Shown: piece after piece, positions 37,837 through 48,146 of the stretch
Layout: each line of letters starts with the position of its first letter
Numbering within the stretch: the stretch's first letter is position 1
DNA from: an uncultured Candidatus Saccharibacteria bacterium
GTDB taxonomy: Bacteria; Patescibacteriota; Saccharimonadia; Saccharimonadales; JACDBH01
NCBI GenBank assembly: GCA_965231105.1
Contig: OZ246417.1
Coordinates: 229,013 to 293,012 of the forward strand
Length of the DNA: 64,000 nucleotides
Reading direction: 5' to 3'
Notes under the pieces: model-generated
What the model was told of the DNA's origin: nothing
What the model saw: the letters and a program-made list of their open reading frames with translations, nothing else
Database searches by the model: none
Translations under genes and position numbers: made by a program

Positions 37837-39318
37837 TCAAGCTTTTGCGCGACGGAAGCGTAAGAAACGTTGTTTCTTGCTCGGTTCTTCATCGTCCCCG
37901 CCGCTTAGATAGGTCGGTTCTGAGTATTGATCATAGGTGACCATGAGGGCGCGGGATTCTACTGAACGAAGCGTCTCAAGCGCTACGGATACCAAGATAA
38001 GAATGCTCGTACCACCGATCGCAATATTTACACTTAAGAACGCCTGAGCGAGGATTGGCATTAACGCCAAGACCCCAAGGCTGAGTGAACCAAACAGCGT
38101 TAAACGATTCACGAGCTTACGTAGATACTTCTCAGTTTGTTTTCCTGCCCGTACATCCCCAATAAAGCCGCCTTGTTTCTGAAGGTTCTCTGATATTTCT
38201 TTACTGTCAAAGGTCACGCTTGTATAGAAGTATGTAAAGACTACCACTAACACAAAATAAACGAGTGGATAGATGTAGGGTGTAAAGCCGGGTTGAGCAA
38301 AGGTTGTAATGCTCGGGTTTTGGAACCATGTCATAAGGCGTGCTCCCCACTCCTGCCATTGCGGGTTTGTAGATGCGGCCATAATTTGTCCGGCATAGCT
38401 CGGTACGCTTAAGAACGCGACCGCAAAGATAATGGGGATAACACCGGCAGCAATAAGCTTGATAGGCAACCTGGTAGTCACACCGCCATACGCTCGACTG
38501 CCCTGTACCCGTTTTGCATAGTTAACCGTAACATTTCGAGCGGCTTCGTTAATCTTTACCACTAACCAGGTAACGGCAATGATGGAGACAGTAAGGATCG
38601 ACGCATAATAGAAAGCAGTTCGGTTAAATGGCATTTGCATGCCAAGGATGTTCCACTTATTAGTCGGGTCATAGACACTGCCCACTACTTCGCTAATCGT
38701 TTGCGGCAAGCTACTCACAATACCAACAGTAATAATAAGACTAATACCATTACCCACACTCTTCTCTGTAATAAGCTCACCAAGCCACATAAGGATCATG
38801 GCAGCACCGGTAAGTGCCGTTACCATTAATGCCCACTGACCTAAGCTGCTACCAGCCGTAATATCACCGAGGCCACTATAGCTGCTGGCTACCTGTCGAA
38901 CGAGGTAAATCATACCGATAGACTGAATAATAGCTAAAGGAAACGTCAGCATACGGGTGTATTGATTTAACTTCTTACGGCCAAATTCACCTTCTTTATT
39001 AAGGGCCTCAAGTTTGGGTATTGCCCTTGTAAGCAGCTGAATAATGATAGAGGCATTAATGTATGGTCCCATGCCGACAAGCATGATAGAAAAGTTAGCC
39101 AGTGCTCCACCGCTTAAAACATTAATGAAGTTCACAAATGAGGAGTTCTGAGCAGAAGTAAAGGCATTTTCAATAACTTGTTTTAAAGTCTCAGAGTCAC
39201 CAAGTGGTATAGGAATATGAGCCAGAATACGAAAAACTAACAGCATGCCAAGAACGGCAAATATGCGCTTTCGCATATCAGTATTCTTTAGCGACAATCC
39301 AATCGTCTTCCAGTTCAC
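37837..39318 (-). CDS. secY: Preprotein translocase subunit SecY
   Basis: A 493-aa, 10-TM protein with a SecY family match. Confidence 0.95.
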   Translation of the reverse strand: MNWKTIGLSLKNTDMRKRIFAVLGMLLVFRILAHIPIPLGDSETLKQVIENAFTSAQNSSFVNFINVLSGGALANFSIMLVGMGPYINASIIIQLLTRAIPKLEALNKEGEFGRKKLNQYTRMLTFPLAIIQSIGMIYLVRQVASSYSGLGDITAGSSLGQWALMVTALTGAAMILMWLGELITEKSVGNGISLIITVGIVSSLPQTISEVVGSVYDPTNKWNILGMQMPFNRTAFYYASILTVSIIAVTWLVVKINEAARNVTVNYAKRVQGSRAYGGVTTRLPIKLIAAGVIPIIFAVAFLSVPSYAGQIMAASTNPQWQEWGARLMTWFQNPSITTFAQPGFTPYIYPLVYFVLVVVFTYFYTSVTFDSKEISENLQKQGGFIGDVRAGKQTEKYLRKLVNRLTLFGSLSLGVLALMPILAQAFLSVNIAIGGTSILILVSVALETLRSVESRALMVTYDQYSEPTYLSGGDDEEPSKKQRFLRFRRAKA

Positions 39319-39391
39319 GAGTTTAAACCCTCAATTCTTTAAAAAGCTACTAGCTATTTAAGCGTACTGTCGAACAAAAGCCAAGTTGCTT

Positions 39392-39868
39392 CTAGGCTTC
39401 TTTGTTGTCTTTTTTGGCTTTTGCTATGCGAGCAACACGTTCAGTTGCACTAAAGCTACCGCCTGCTTTTTCTACCGCAGCAATAGCTGACTTGCTAGCG
39501 CCCTGGAGCTTAACGGTGTGCTTGGTCTTGAGTTCATCATTACCAACAAGCTTCACATTCACATATGGGCTTGAAACGAGACCAGCTTCGAAAACGGATG
39601 TGTTATCAACGGTTGCCTTAAGACTTGCAAGATCCTTTATATACACAAGTTCAGCCTTTGGATGCTTGCTCTTAAAACCACGAAGCTTTGGAAGGCGTTG
39701 CATCATTGGGTTCTGACCACCTTCAAATCCTGGGCGACGAGTCTTACCAGTACGAGACTTCTGTCCCTTCGTGCCACGACCAGCAGTCTTGCCTTGGCCA
39801 GCAGAAATTCCACGACCAATACGGCTTTTACGACGATGTGAAGAAAGTTCTAATTCGCTATATTTCAT
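39392..39868 (-). CDS. rplO: 50S ribosomal protein L15
   Basis: A 158-aa L15 family match, directly after rpsE with no L30 gene between. Confidence 0.95.
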   Translation of the reverse strand: MKYSELELSSHRRKSRIGRGISAGQGKTAGRGTKGQKSRTGKTRRPGFEGGQNPMMQRLPKLRGFKSKHPKAELVYIKDLASLKATVDNTSVFEAGLVSSPYVNVKLVGNDELKTKHTVKLQGASKSAIAAVEKAGGSFSATERVARIAKAKKDNKEA

Positions 39869-39869
39869 T

Positions 39870-40430
39870 TTACTTAACCTCGGCCTTTGCAGTTTTCTTT
39901 GCTGCAGGCTTGTTCTTGGTAGTAACCCAGTTCTTGCTTGGTACTAATGCATCAAGCGCGGCAAGCGTTGCGTAGGCAGTGTTAATCTTATTGGTTGAAC
40001 CAAGAGATTTGCTTAATACGTTGCTGACACCAGCAACTTCCAATACGGTACGAACAACGCCTCCGGCAATAAGACCAGTACCAGGAGCAGCTGGCTTAAT
40101 GAGAATGTGTGCACCACCCACTTTGCCGACAGTTTCGTGAGGAACAGTACCCTTATAAAGGCTTACCGTCATCATGTGCTTCTTCGCAACATCAGTAGCC
40201 TTGGTAACGGCAGCAGTCACATCGGCACCCTTAGAGACACCGACGCCAACTTTGTTCTTGCGGTCACCAACCACAACCAAAGCCTGGAAGCGGAAACGAC
40301 GACCACCTTTAACAACACGAGCAACACGGTTAACGTGAATAATTCGCTCGTCAAATTGCTTCTCTTCAGCTGGTTCTTGTCGATTGCGACGATCTTGTGG
40401 CTGCATATTAAAACTCCAGTCCTTCCGCAC
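39870..40430 (-). CDS. rpsE: 30S ribosomal protein S5
   Basis: A 186-aa S5 family match. Confidence 0.95.
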   Translation of the reverse strand: MRKDWSFNMQPQDRRNRQEPAEEKQFDERIIHVNRVARVVKGGRRFRFQALVVVGDRKNKVGVGVSKGADVTAAVTKATDVAKKHMMTVSLYKGTVPHETVGKVGGAHILIKPAAPGTGLIAGGVVRTVLEVAGVSNVLSKSLGSTNKINTAYATLAALDALVPSKNWVTTKNKPAAKKTAKAEVK

Positions 40431-40761
40431 GTGCTGCTTCAGCGAGTGCCTTTACGCGACCATGATAGAGTCGACCATTACGATCAAAAACTACCTTGCT
40501 AATCTTAGCGGTCTTGGCTTTCTTGGCTATTTCAGTTCCTACCCATTCGGCCTTAGCAGTTTTTGCGCCTTTAGCAGCTTTACTGCCAACAGTTGAAACG
40601 GCTACAAGTGTCTTGTGCGTCGTGTCATCAATAATCTGAGCACTAATGTGTAGGTTGCTTACAAAGACGCTCAGGCGTGGACGCTCAGGCGTACCTTGCA
40701 CGGTAGTGCGAATACGCTTTTGGCGTAGGGCGCGGTTGTGTAGTTTCTTAGCTAAGCTCAT
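40408..40761 (-). CDS. rplR: 50S ribosomal protein L18
   Basis: A 117-aa L18 family match. Confidence 0.95.
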   Translation of the reverse strand: MSLAKKLHNRALRQKRIRTTVQGTPERPRLSVFVSNLHISAQIIDDTTHKTLVAVSTVGSKAAKGAKTAKAEWVGTEIAKKAKTAKISKVVFDRNGRLYHGRVKALAEAARAEGLEF

Positions 40762-40763
40762 GA

Positions 40764-41303
40764 TTATTTCTCTTTTCCTGACTTGCCAGACTTGCGAAGG
40801 ATACGCTCACCGACATACTTTATGCCTTTACCCTTGTATGGTTCAGGCTTCTTCAACTTACGAATATCTGCAGCTACTTGTCCAACCTGCTGTTTATCAA
40901 TACCGCTGACTGTAATAACGTTCTGTTCAACCGTCGCGGTAATACCGGCAGGGAGTGGGAAGTTGATGTCATGTGAGAGGCCAAGTGCGAACTTAAGACC
41001 AGCACCTGCTTGGCTTACACGATAACCAACACCATTGATTTCAAGCTGCTTGCTAAAACCAGTACTTACACCAACAACCATGTTGTTAATGAGAGAGCGC
41101 ATCAAGCCATGCTGAGCACGTGTCGCTTGCTCTTCATTTTGACGACTTAAAGTAGCAACATTATCAATAACTTCCAACTTTAAATTGGGAAGTAACGGCT
41201 GAGACAGGCTGCCTTTCGAACCGTTAACAGTAACGGTCTGATTGTCGACAGTGATTGTCACACCGGATGGAATCTGAATTGGTAGTTTTCCTATACGACT
41301 CAT
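40764..41303 (-). CDS. rplF: 50S ribosomal protein L6
   Basis: A 179-aa L6 family match. Confidence 0.95.
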   Translation of the reverse strand: MSRIGKLPIQIPSGVTITVDNQTVTVNGSKGSLSQPLLPNLKLEVIDNVATLSRQNEEQATRAQHGLMRSLINNMVVGVSTGFSKQLEINGVGYRVSQAGAGLKFALGLSHDINFPLPAGITATVEQNVITVSGIDKQQVGQVAADIRKLKKPEPYKGKGIKYVGERILRKSGKSGKEK

Positions 41304-41313
41304 CTTATTTCCT

Positions 41314-41718
41314 TTAGTAAACCTTACAAATTAACTCGCCGCCTAAGCGCTGATTCTTGGCATCTGCACCAACCATCAAACCCTTAGAAGTCGATACAAC
41401 AATCACGCCACGTCCACGCTTTACAGTTGGAATATCATCTGCAGAGCTGTATAAACGACGTCCCGGCTTGCTCAAACGAACAATTTCAGTGATACGCGCA
41501 TTGCTATCTTCGCCATTGATAGTGATGGAAAGCTGCTTGTATCCGTCAGTACTTTCAGTAATAGCAACATCATCAATGAAGTTCTGCTCCTTCAATACAC
41601 GAGCAACAGCTTCTTTGAGTTTTGAATGCGGTACTACAACAGTGCTCTTACGTACAGCAATAGCATTGCGGATACGTGTCAGCATGTCGGCGATTGGATC
41701 GGTTGCAATAATACTCAT
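41314..41718 (-). CDS. rpsH: 30S ribosomal protein S8
   Basis: A 134-aa S8 family match. Confidence 0.95.
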   Translation of the reverse strand: MSIIATDPIADMLTRIRNAIAVRKSTVVVPHSKLKEAVARVLKEQNFIDDVAITESTDGYKQLSITINGEDSNARITEIVRLSKPGRRLYSSADDIPTVKRGRGVIVVSTSKGLMVGADAKNQRLGGELICKVY

Positions 41719-41723
41719 GATAT

Positions 41724-41993
41724 TTACCAGCTCGCTTTCGTTACACCAGGAATTTCGCCCTTTGATGCATGTTCACGGAATGAAATACGGCTTAAACCAA
41801 AGGTACGCATGTAACCACGTGGACGGCCAGTTTCAGAACAACGGTTCTTCCAGCGAGTAGGACTACTGTTGCGTGGAAGCTTTGCAAGACCTTCATGATC
41901 ACCGAGTTCTTTTAATTCAGCGCGCTTTTGAGCATACTGCTTGATCATTTTTTGACGCTTTAAGTCGCGTGCGATAATGGATTTCTTAGCCAT
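41724..41993 (-). CDS. rpsN: 30S ribosomal protein S14 (long, non-zinc form)
   Basis: An 89-aa S14 family match. Confidence 0.9.
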   Translation of the reverse strand: MAKKSIIARDLKRQKMIKQYAQKRAELKELGDHEGLAKLPRNSSPTRWKNRCSETGRPRGYMRTFGLSRISFREHASKGEIPGVTKASW

Positions 41994-42571
41994 TATTTAC
42001 TCTCCTTTTCAAACGGCATACCAAATTTGGTAAGTAGAGCCTTCGCATGGGCGGGCTCAACCGATTTGATGGTTAGAATTACTTGTAAACCATGTGGTGG
42101 GGTTGTCTCTTCAAAGGTAAGCTCAGGAAAAACAGACTGTTCGGTAAGACCGAGCGAATAGTTGCCTTGGCGGTCAAAAGCCTTGTTGCTCACACCGTGG
42201 AAGTCGCGGAGACGAGGTAATACAATATTCACGAGTCGATCGAGGAATTCATACATACGATCACCACGAAGCGTGACTTTTAGCCCAATTCTTTGACCTT
42301 CGCGAAGCTTAAAGCTCGCGATGGACTGCTTTGCAAACGTCTCTTGTGGGTGCTGACCGGTAATTTTCTTCAAAGTGTTGGCTGCAACTTCAGCCATACG
42401 CTTGTCTTCTTTAGATTTACCAAGACCTACGTTCAAGGTAATCTTTTCAAGCTTCGGTATCTGGTGAGGATTACTTAACTCGAGCTCTTTTAAAAGTGCT
42501 GGAGCATACTCATTAAGATAAAGAGTCTTCAAGCGGGCTGTAGAAGCAGCTGATTTTGTTGCGGTAGCCAT
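41993..42571 (-). CDS. rplE: 50S ribosomal protein L5
   Basis: A 192-aa L5 family match. Confidence 0.95.
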   Translation of the reverse strand: MATATKSAASTARLKTLYLNEYAPALLKELELSNPHQIPKLEKITLNVGLGKSKEDKRMAEVAANTLKKITGQHPQETFAKQSIASFKLREGQRIGLKVTLRGDRMYEFLDRLVNIVLPRLRDFHGVSNKAFDRQGNYSLGLTEQSVFPELTFEETTPPHGLQVILTIKSVEPAHAKALLTKFGMPFEKESK

Positions 42572-42900
42572 TACTTGATCTCCTTTCCACTCTTCTTAAA
42601 TACACGTGTATGAGCACCTTTTGCATCAATCTTGATGCCAATCTTGCTTGGCTTCTTGCTTGTTGGTTCAACAATTGCCACTTTGCTCACCCAGATCGGC
42701 TTTGTTAACTCCACGATATCACCCTGTGGGTGCAGACGATTTGGCTTCACATGACGCTTAACGACATTAATGCCCTCAACGGTAACCTTGTTCTCGGTTG
42801 GGTGAGTAGCCAAAACCTTACCAGTCTTGCCCTTATACTTCCCAGAGCGAACAACAACAGTGTCGCCTTTCTTAAGTCTGATCTTAAACATCTGGTTCAT
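42571..42900 (-). CDS. rplX: 50S ribosomal protein L24
   Basis: A 109-aa product with a KOW motif and an L24 family match. Confidence 0.95.
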   Translation of the reverse strand: MNQMFKIRLKKGDTVVVRSGKYKGKTGKVLATHPTENKVTVEGINVVKRHVKPNRLHPQGDIVELTKPIWVSKVAIVEPTSKKPSKIGIKIDAKGAHTRVFKKSGKEIK

Positions 42901-43268
42901 TAGAGTACCTCCGGCGCAAGGCTGATAATCTTTGCATAGCCCTGATCACGCAATTCACGAGGGACTGGACCAAAGATACGGGTACCTTTTGGAAGCTTGT
43001 CATCACCAATAATTACGGCGGCGTTATCGTCAAAACGAATGCTCGATCCATCGGAACGGCGAATCACATTCTTGGTTCGCACAACAACAGCCTTCACAAC
43101 AGACTTCTTCTTTACGCCACCACTTGGGTTAGCTTGCTTAACAGTAGCGACAATAACGTCACCAACGTGCGCGTAACGACGGCGGGTACCACCGAGAACA
43201 CGAATGCAAAGGATTTCCTTGGCTCCACTGTTATCGGCAACGACGAGGCGGGTTTCTTGCTGAATCAT
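42900..43268 (-). CDS. rplN: 50S ribosomal protein L14
   Basis: A 122-aa L14 family match. Confidence 0.95.
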   Translation of the reverse strand: MIQQETRLVVADNSGAKEILCIRVLGGTRRRYAHVGDVIVATVKQANPSGGVKKKSVVKAVVVRTKNVIRRSDGSSIRFDDNAAVIIGDDKLPKGTRIFGPVPRELRDQGYAKIISLAPEVL

Positions 43269-43585
43269 TACTTTGCCTCCTCCGCAGCTATTTCTTCGGT
43301 CTTCTCTTTCTTCTCAACGGTTGCTTCGGGTTCAACATGTAAAATCTTTGCAGTCTCAACAACTTTCTTTAGCGTAAAGCGTTTGCGAGCAGAAAGCGGG
43401 CGACACTCTTCAATTTCAACTAAGTCGCCGACCTTCGCAGCATTCTTCTCATCATGAGCCATGATTTTTACCGTACGGCTATACTGCTTTTGATAGATTG
43501 GGTGAGTTTTACGGGTGTGAATAGCCACGACGATGGTCTTATCGCCTTTGTCAGAAGCTACGGTACCGGTTAATACGCGGGCCAT
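43268..43585 (-). CDS. rpsQ: 30S ribosomal protein S17
   Basis: A 105-aa S17 core with a Glu/Lys-rich tail. Confidence 0.9.
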   Translation of the reverse strand: MARVLTGTVASDKGDKTIVVAIHTRKTHPIYQKQYSRTVKIMAHDEKNAAKVGDLVEIEECRPLSARKRFTLKKVVETAKILHVEPEATVEKKEKTEEIAAEEAK

Positions 43586-43785
43586 TACATATTCTCCTTT
43601 GCGAGCTGTTCGCTTAAGACGGTCAAAACTCGGGCTAGATCCTTACGCTTGTGACGCAATACGCGCACATTCTGGACTTCACCCATGCGCATGCGGCGCT
43701 TGAGTTCGACAATTTCATCGCGCAAGCTGGTAGCACTTGCGGTCAGCTCGGTTGTTGATTGCTTACGAATATCAGTTACTTTCAT
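43585..43785 (-). CDS. rpmC: 50S ribosomal protein L29
   Basis: A 66-aa L29 family match. Confidence 0.9.
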   Translation of the reverse strand: MKVTDIRKQSTTELTASATSLRDEIVELKRRMRMGEVQNVRVLRHKRKDLARVLTVLSEQLAKENM

Positions 43786-43786
43786 A

Positions 43787-44200
43787 TTACTTCACCCCCT
43801 TGACGATAAATTTCGTCTTAACGGGCAATTTATGTGCGGCAAGACGCATAGCTTCTCGTGCGACTTCTTCGGTAATGCCGTCCATCTCGAACAAAACAGT
43901 TCCAGCATGAACTTTGGCAGCAAAATACTCAGGACTCCCCTTACCGCTACCCATCTTTACGTCCTGTGGCTTCTTGGTTACAGGAGTGTGTGGGAAAATG
44001 CGGATCCAGATCTGGCCACCACGCTTAATGTAGCGGGTCATAGCCTGACGAGCAGCCTCGATCTGACGAGAGGTAATGCGAGCATTTTCGGCAGACTGAA
44101 GGGCATAGGAACCGTGTGCGATATAGTTACCGGAGGTAGCAGGACCACGGATCTTTCCCTTTCGTACCTTTCGGTACTTAGTTCGGCTTGGCATCAACAT
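43787..44200 (-). CDS. rplP: 50S ribosomal protein L16
   Basis: A 137-aa L16 family match. Confidence 0.95.
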   Translation of the reverse strand: MLMPSRTKYRKVRKGKIRGPATSGNYIAHGSYALQSAENARITSRQIEAARQAMTRYIKRGGQIWIRIFPHTPVTKKPQDVKMGSGKGSPEYFAAKVHAGTVLFEMDGITEEVAREAMRLAAHKLPVKTKFIVKGVK

Positions 44201-44201
44201 C

Positions 44202-44831
44202 TTAAGCTACCTCTCCCTTGTAAATCCAAACCTTAATGCCAATGATACCGGCGGGAGTTTGTGCATCAACCTGTGCGAAATCAATATCTGCGCGAAGTGT
44301 ATGGAGCGGTACAGAACCCTGTACTTCCTTTTCCTTACGAGACATTTCAGCACCGTTTAGGCGACCAGAAATCTGAATACGAATACCTTTAGCACCAGCA
44401 CGCATCGTAGCAGCTGAAGCGGACTTTATAGCACGACGGAATGCAATACGACGCTCTAATTGATGAGCAATGTTCTCTGCAACGAGCTTTGCGTAAAGTT
44501 CGGGCTTCTTAACCTCTTCGATATTTACACGTACAGGAACCTTATAAATGCCTTCGATAATCTTCTTGAGCTCCTGTGCACCTGCACCACCGCGTCCGAT
44601 CACAACACCGGCCTTTGCGGTAACAATCGTCACGGTGACAAGGTTTGGACTACGCTCAATGTCTACCTTATTAATGGCAGCACGCGTACCAAGCTTCTTG
44701 GTAATCATGCGACGAACTTGAAGATCCTGAGTGAGGTAGTTAGCGTATTCACGCTTACCGACGAACCATTTGCTGCGCCAATCCTTATTGACCTGCAGAC
44801 GCATACTAATTGGATTAATCTTCTGTCCCAT
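44202..44831 (-). CDS. rpsC: 30S ribosomal protein S3
   Basis: A 209-aa S3 family match. Confidence 0.95.
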   Translation of the reverse strand: MGQKINPISMRLQVNKDWRSKWFVGKREYANYLTQDLQVRRMITKKLGTRAAINKVDIERSPNLVTVTIVTAKAGVVIGRGGAGAQELKKIIEGIYKVPVRVNIEEVKKPELYAKLVAENIAHQLERRIAFRRAIKSASAATMRAGAKGIRIQISGRLNGAEMSRKEKEVQGSVPLHTLRADIDFAQVDAQTPAGIIGIKVWIYKGEVA

Positions 44832-45214
44832 TATTTGGTCTCCTTCGCAGGCTTAGCAGTGACGGCCTTCTTCGGTGCACGAACTTCACCATCAACCACA
44901 ACACGAATATGTGATGTACGCTTCTGATAAGGATGTGCCATGCCACGTGATACAGGACGAAAACGCTTGTTACGTGGACCAGCAGTTACGGTAATTTCAA
45001 CGATTCGAAGGGTATCTGGCTTGTAGTTATGATTGTGGTCGGCATTAGCCTGAGCGCTCTTAATAACCTTAGTAACGGGTATAGCGGCAAAACGAGGTGC
45101 GTGTTCAAGAATAACAAGTGCATCAGCAACACTACGACCACGTACAAGGCTGGCAACTGGGCCAACTTTGCGAGGGCTCATACGAACGCCTTTAGCAATA
45201 GCAATAACGCTCAT
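44831..45214 (-). CDS. rplV: 50S ribosomal protein L22
   Basis: A 127-aa L22 family match. Confidence 0.95.
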   Translation of the reverse strand: MSVIAIAKGVRMSPRKVGPVASLVRGRSVADALVILEHAPRFAAIPVTKVIKSAQANADHNHNYKPDTLRIVEITVTAGPRNKRFRPVSRGMAHPYQKRTSHIRVVVDGEVRAPKKAVTAKPAKETK

Positions 45215-45217
45215 ATC

Positions 45218-45493
45218 CTACTCCGTACCTTTCGCAAGCTTACCGCCATGGCCACGGAACTTACGAGTTGGCGAAAACTCACCAAGCTTGTGTCCAACCA
45301 TGTTTTCAGTAACAAATACCGGTACATGCACCTTGCCGTTATGAACAGCAATTGTGCGACCGACGAAATCGGGGCTGATGACACTATGACGTGCCCAGGT
45401 CTTAATGATAGTTCGGTCTTCAGAACCCAATGCGGCAACTTTCTTAGCCAGCTTTGGATCGATAAATGGACCTTTTTTCAATGATCTACTCAT
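45218..45493 (-). CDS. rpsS: 30S ribosomal protein S19
   Basis: A 91-aa S19 family match. Confidence 0.95.
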   Translation of the reverse strand: MSRSLKKGPFIDPKLAKKVAALGSEDRTIIKTWARHSVISPDFVGRTIAVHNGKVHVPVFVTENMVGHKLGEFSPTRKFRGHGGKLAKGTE

Positions 45494-45496
45494 GGC

Positions 45497-46351
45497 TTAT
45501 TTCCTCTTCGCCGCATGACGGCTCTTAACAATAAACTTGCTGGTGTTCTTGCGCTTGCGGGTCTTATACCCAAGGGTCTTAACACCCCATGGCGTACGAG
45601 GTGCAGCACCGTGGTTCTTACCTCCACCAACACCGTGACGTCCACCGTCACCACCACCGTGCGGGTGATCAACGGCGTTCATAACAACACCACGAACACT
45701 TGGACGAATGCCTTTACGACGGTTACGACCAGCTTTACCAATCTTAATGTTCTGGTGCTGCTCGTTACCAAGAACACCAATTGTCGCACTGCATTCAATA
45801 CGAACCATACGAACCTCACCGCTTGGCAAACGAACCTGAGCGTATTCGCCCTCCTTTGCCATTAGCTGTGCACTATTGCCAGCAGAACGGACGAGCTGAG
45901 CGCCTTTGCCTGGCTGCAACTCAATTGCGTAAATAGTGCTACCGATAGGGATGTTCTGAAGGGGCATACGATTCCCAGCCTCAACGGGCGCGTCTTCACC
46001 ACTTGCAATCTTGCGTCCTGGAGCAAAACCTGCGCCAGCAAGAATATAGTGGTATGCATTGTTCTGATCCTTGATACGAGCAATACGTGCACTGCGGTTC
46101 GGATCATACTCGATATGCTCAATAACTGCTTTTGTGCCCGCAGGTAGGTTGAAGTTAACCAGACGGTAGAACTGACGAGCACCACCACCTTGGTGACGTG
46201 TCGTAATTTGACCCTGATTATTACGGCCAGACTGCTTTTTCTTAATAACCACGAGGCTCTTCAGCGGCTTCTTTGTGGTGATGCCATCAAAGTCTTGCGT
46301 AGTCATGCCACGAGTACCAGGTGTATTTGGTTTGTATGCCTTAATAGCCAT
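45497..46351 (-). CDS. rplB: 50S ribosomal protein L2
   Basis: A 284-aa L2 family match. Confidence 0.95.
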   Translation of the reverse strand: MAIKAYKPNTPGTRGMTTQDFDGITTKKPLKSLVVIKKKQSGRNNQGQITTRHQGGGARQFYRLVNFNLPAGTKAVIEHIEYDPNRSARIARIKDQNNAYHYILAGAGFAPGRKIASGEDAPVEAGNRMPLQNIPIGSTIYAIELQPGKGAQLVRSAGNSAQLMAKEGEYAQVRLPSGEVRMVRIECSATIGVLGNEQHQNIKIGKAGRNRRKGIRPSVRGVVMNAVDHPHGGGDGGRHGVGGGKNHGAAPRTPWGVKTLGYKTRKRKNTSKFIVKSRHAAKRK

Positions 46352-46740
46352 TACTTCTTCCCTTTCGCAGCTTTCTTGAGCGATTTCTCAGCCTCTTTAG
46401 CCTGCTTTTCATCTTCGGCAGATTCTTCGATAAATAACGGTAACATATCGCCTTCACGAAGTGTTACATAGGCTTTTTTCATGCCATTTCGAGTTGTCTG
46501 AATTGGACGACCACCTTTACGGTAAATGTGCTTTAGCTTACCCTTTGCATTGGTGATACGTACAGCCGTGACAACAACGTCATACTGTGAGGCGACCGCC
46601 TGAGCAATGGTGTGCTTATTAGCAGAAGTAGGCACTTCAAAAACATAGGTCTTAATGCCATCTACTTGGCTTTGAGCGTATGCTTTTTCGCTTACTCTTG
46701 GGATAATAACGAGATCTTTCATTATTTTGCTCCCAGCCAT
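46351..46740 (-). CDS. rplW: 50S ribosomal protein L23 with a C-terminal extension
   Basis: A 129-aa L23 core plus a Glu/Lys-rich tail. Confidence 0.9.
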   Translation of the reverse strand: MAGSKIMKDLVIIPRVSEKAYAQSQVDGIKTYVFEVPTSANKHTIAQAVASQYDVVVTAVRITNAKGKLKHIYRKGGRPIQTTRNGMKKAYVTLREGDMLPLFIEESAEDEKQAKEAEKSLKKAAKGKK

Positions 46741-47357
46741 TCATTAATAATCGCGAGAGACTTTTCACTGACAATAATGCTGTCGGCATTGAGGATATTG
46801 AATACATTCAGGTAACGTGCCTGTACGACCGTTAGATTTGGGATATTCTTGGTAGCACGTACGACAAGGCTATCCTTCTCGCTTACCACAAGCAGCACAT
46901 TTCCCTTAGCACCGATTTTATCCAGAAGCTTGACAGTAGCTGCCACTTTACCATCTTTGGATTCGAAAGTTTCAATAACGCTCACTTTCTTAGCAGCATT
47001 CGCAACACTCAAAGCTTGGCGAAGTGCTTGACGCTTCGTATTGCGAGGAAGCGTGTTTGAATAATTCTCGGTGCCAGTTGGACCGAAAGTAATACCACCA
47101 CCACGCCAAATTGGTACACGAATAGAACCGAAACGTGCACGGCCCGTACCCTTTTGGCGCCATGGCTTCTTACCACCACCACGAACTTCACCACGAGTCT
47201 TTACTTTGGCGTTATTAGTACGGCCATTTGCAAGATATGCAGTATAGGCTTGCTTCAGTAGGTCATGGCTCTTTACTTCTACGTCAAAGATTTCCTTTGA
47301 AAGCTTTGCAGCAGCGGTTGCCTTATTGCCGGTCTTTGTATAGGTAGGAACGCTCAT
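46722..47357 (-). CDS. rplD: 50S ribosomal protein L4
   Basis: A 211-aa L4 family match. Confidence 0.95.
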   Translation of the reverse strand: MSVPTYTKTGNKATAAAKLSKEIFDVEVKSHDLLKQAYTAYLANGRTNNAKVKTRGEVRGGGKKPWRQKGTGRARFGSIRVPIWRGGGITFGPTGTENYSNTLPRNTKRQALRQALSVANAAKKVSVIETFESKDGKVAATVKLLDKIGAKGNVLLVVSEKDSLVVRATKNIPNLTVVQARYLNVFNILNADSIIVSEKSLAIINEWLGAK

Positions 47358-47971
47358 TACTTAGCCTCCTTTACCACGACAACACTGTAGCGAGGGCCAG
47401 GAACGGCGCCGGTTACACCAATAACATTAAGCTCAGTGTCAACAAGCGCGATCTTAAGACCTTGAACGGTTACTTGATCGTGGCCAAGACGGCCAGCCAT
47501 CCGCTTACCTTTGAAAATACGCTGAGGATACATAGAGCCAATAGAACCAACGCGGCGGTAACTTCGACCACCGTGAGTCTTGCGACCGCGCTTAAAGTTG
47601 TGGCGCTTAATGGTACCGGCAAAACCTTTACCTTTGCTTGTGCCAGTTACGTTAACCTCATCGCCAACACTAAAAACGTCGGCCTTGAGTTCTGTGCCGA
47701 CGCTTATTTCTTCTGGGATTTCGTTATAGCGCATTTCGCGAATCATCTTTGGAGTAGCAATGTTAGCCTTCTTAAAGTGACCTTGCGCTGCCTTTGACGG
47801 GTGCTTTGCCACTTCTGAACCGAGCTGAATCGCAGTATAACCATCTGTTTCGTTTGTTTTGATCTGTGTAACCACATTTGGATTAACAGAAAGCAAAGTA
47901 ACAGCAACTACAGCACCGTCGTCTGAAACGAGGCTTGTCATACCGATTTTACGGGTGAGTAATGCTTTCAC
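47357..47971 (-). CDS. rplC: 50S ribosomal protein L3
   Basis: A 204-aa L3 family match. It is the first gene of the contiguous cluster; rpsJ is displaced 5.4 kb upstream. Confidence 0.95.
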   Translation of the reverse strand: MKALLTRKIGMTSLVSDDGAVVAVTLLSVNPNVVTQIKTNETDGYTAIQLGSEVAKHPSKAAQGHFKKANIATPKMIREMRYNEIPEEISVGTELKADVFSVGDEVNVTGTSKGKGFAGTIKRHNFKRGRKTHGGRSYRRVGSIGSMYPQRIFKGKRMAGRLGHDQVTVQGLKIALVDTELNVIGVTGAVPGPRYSVVVVKEAK

Positions 47972-48089
47972 GTCTATCCTTTACTTATTTGGCATCTCGT
48001 TAAAAATCTTGGTGCCGGGCGGTTTCTACCTCTGATAGACCTACCAAATCACCAAGAGAAAAGACGAAATGTTATTTAGATACCAAGAC

Positions 48090-48119
48090 AGATTACCACA
48101 GATCGCTTACATCTGTCAA
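48090..48119 (-). promoter_or_regulatory. Candidate promoter (TTGACA, 18 nt, TAATCT) for the rplC-led ribosomal operon
   Basis: The hexamers are read on the minus strand in the 175-nt spacer upstream of rplC. Confidence 0.3.
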
Positions 48120-48146
48120 TCTGTTGTATATTCTACAGTAACTGTA

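Noticed and set aside
39402-47797. Numerous plus-strand ORFs of 60-170 aa inside the ribosomal protein cluster (e.g. 44460..44927, 45029..45484, 45515..45865, 43685..44236).
   Set aside because: All lie antisense to high-confidence ribosomal genes and have repetitive, low-complexity translations, so they are shadow ORFs.
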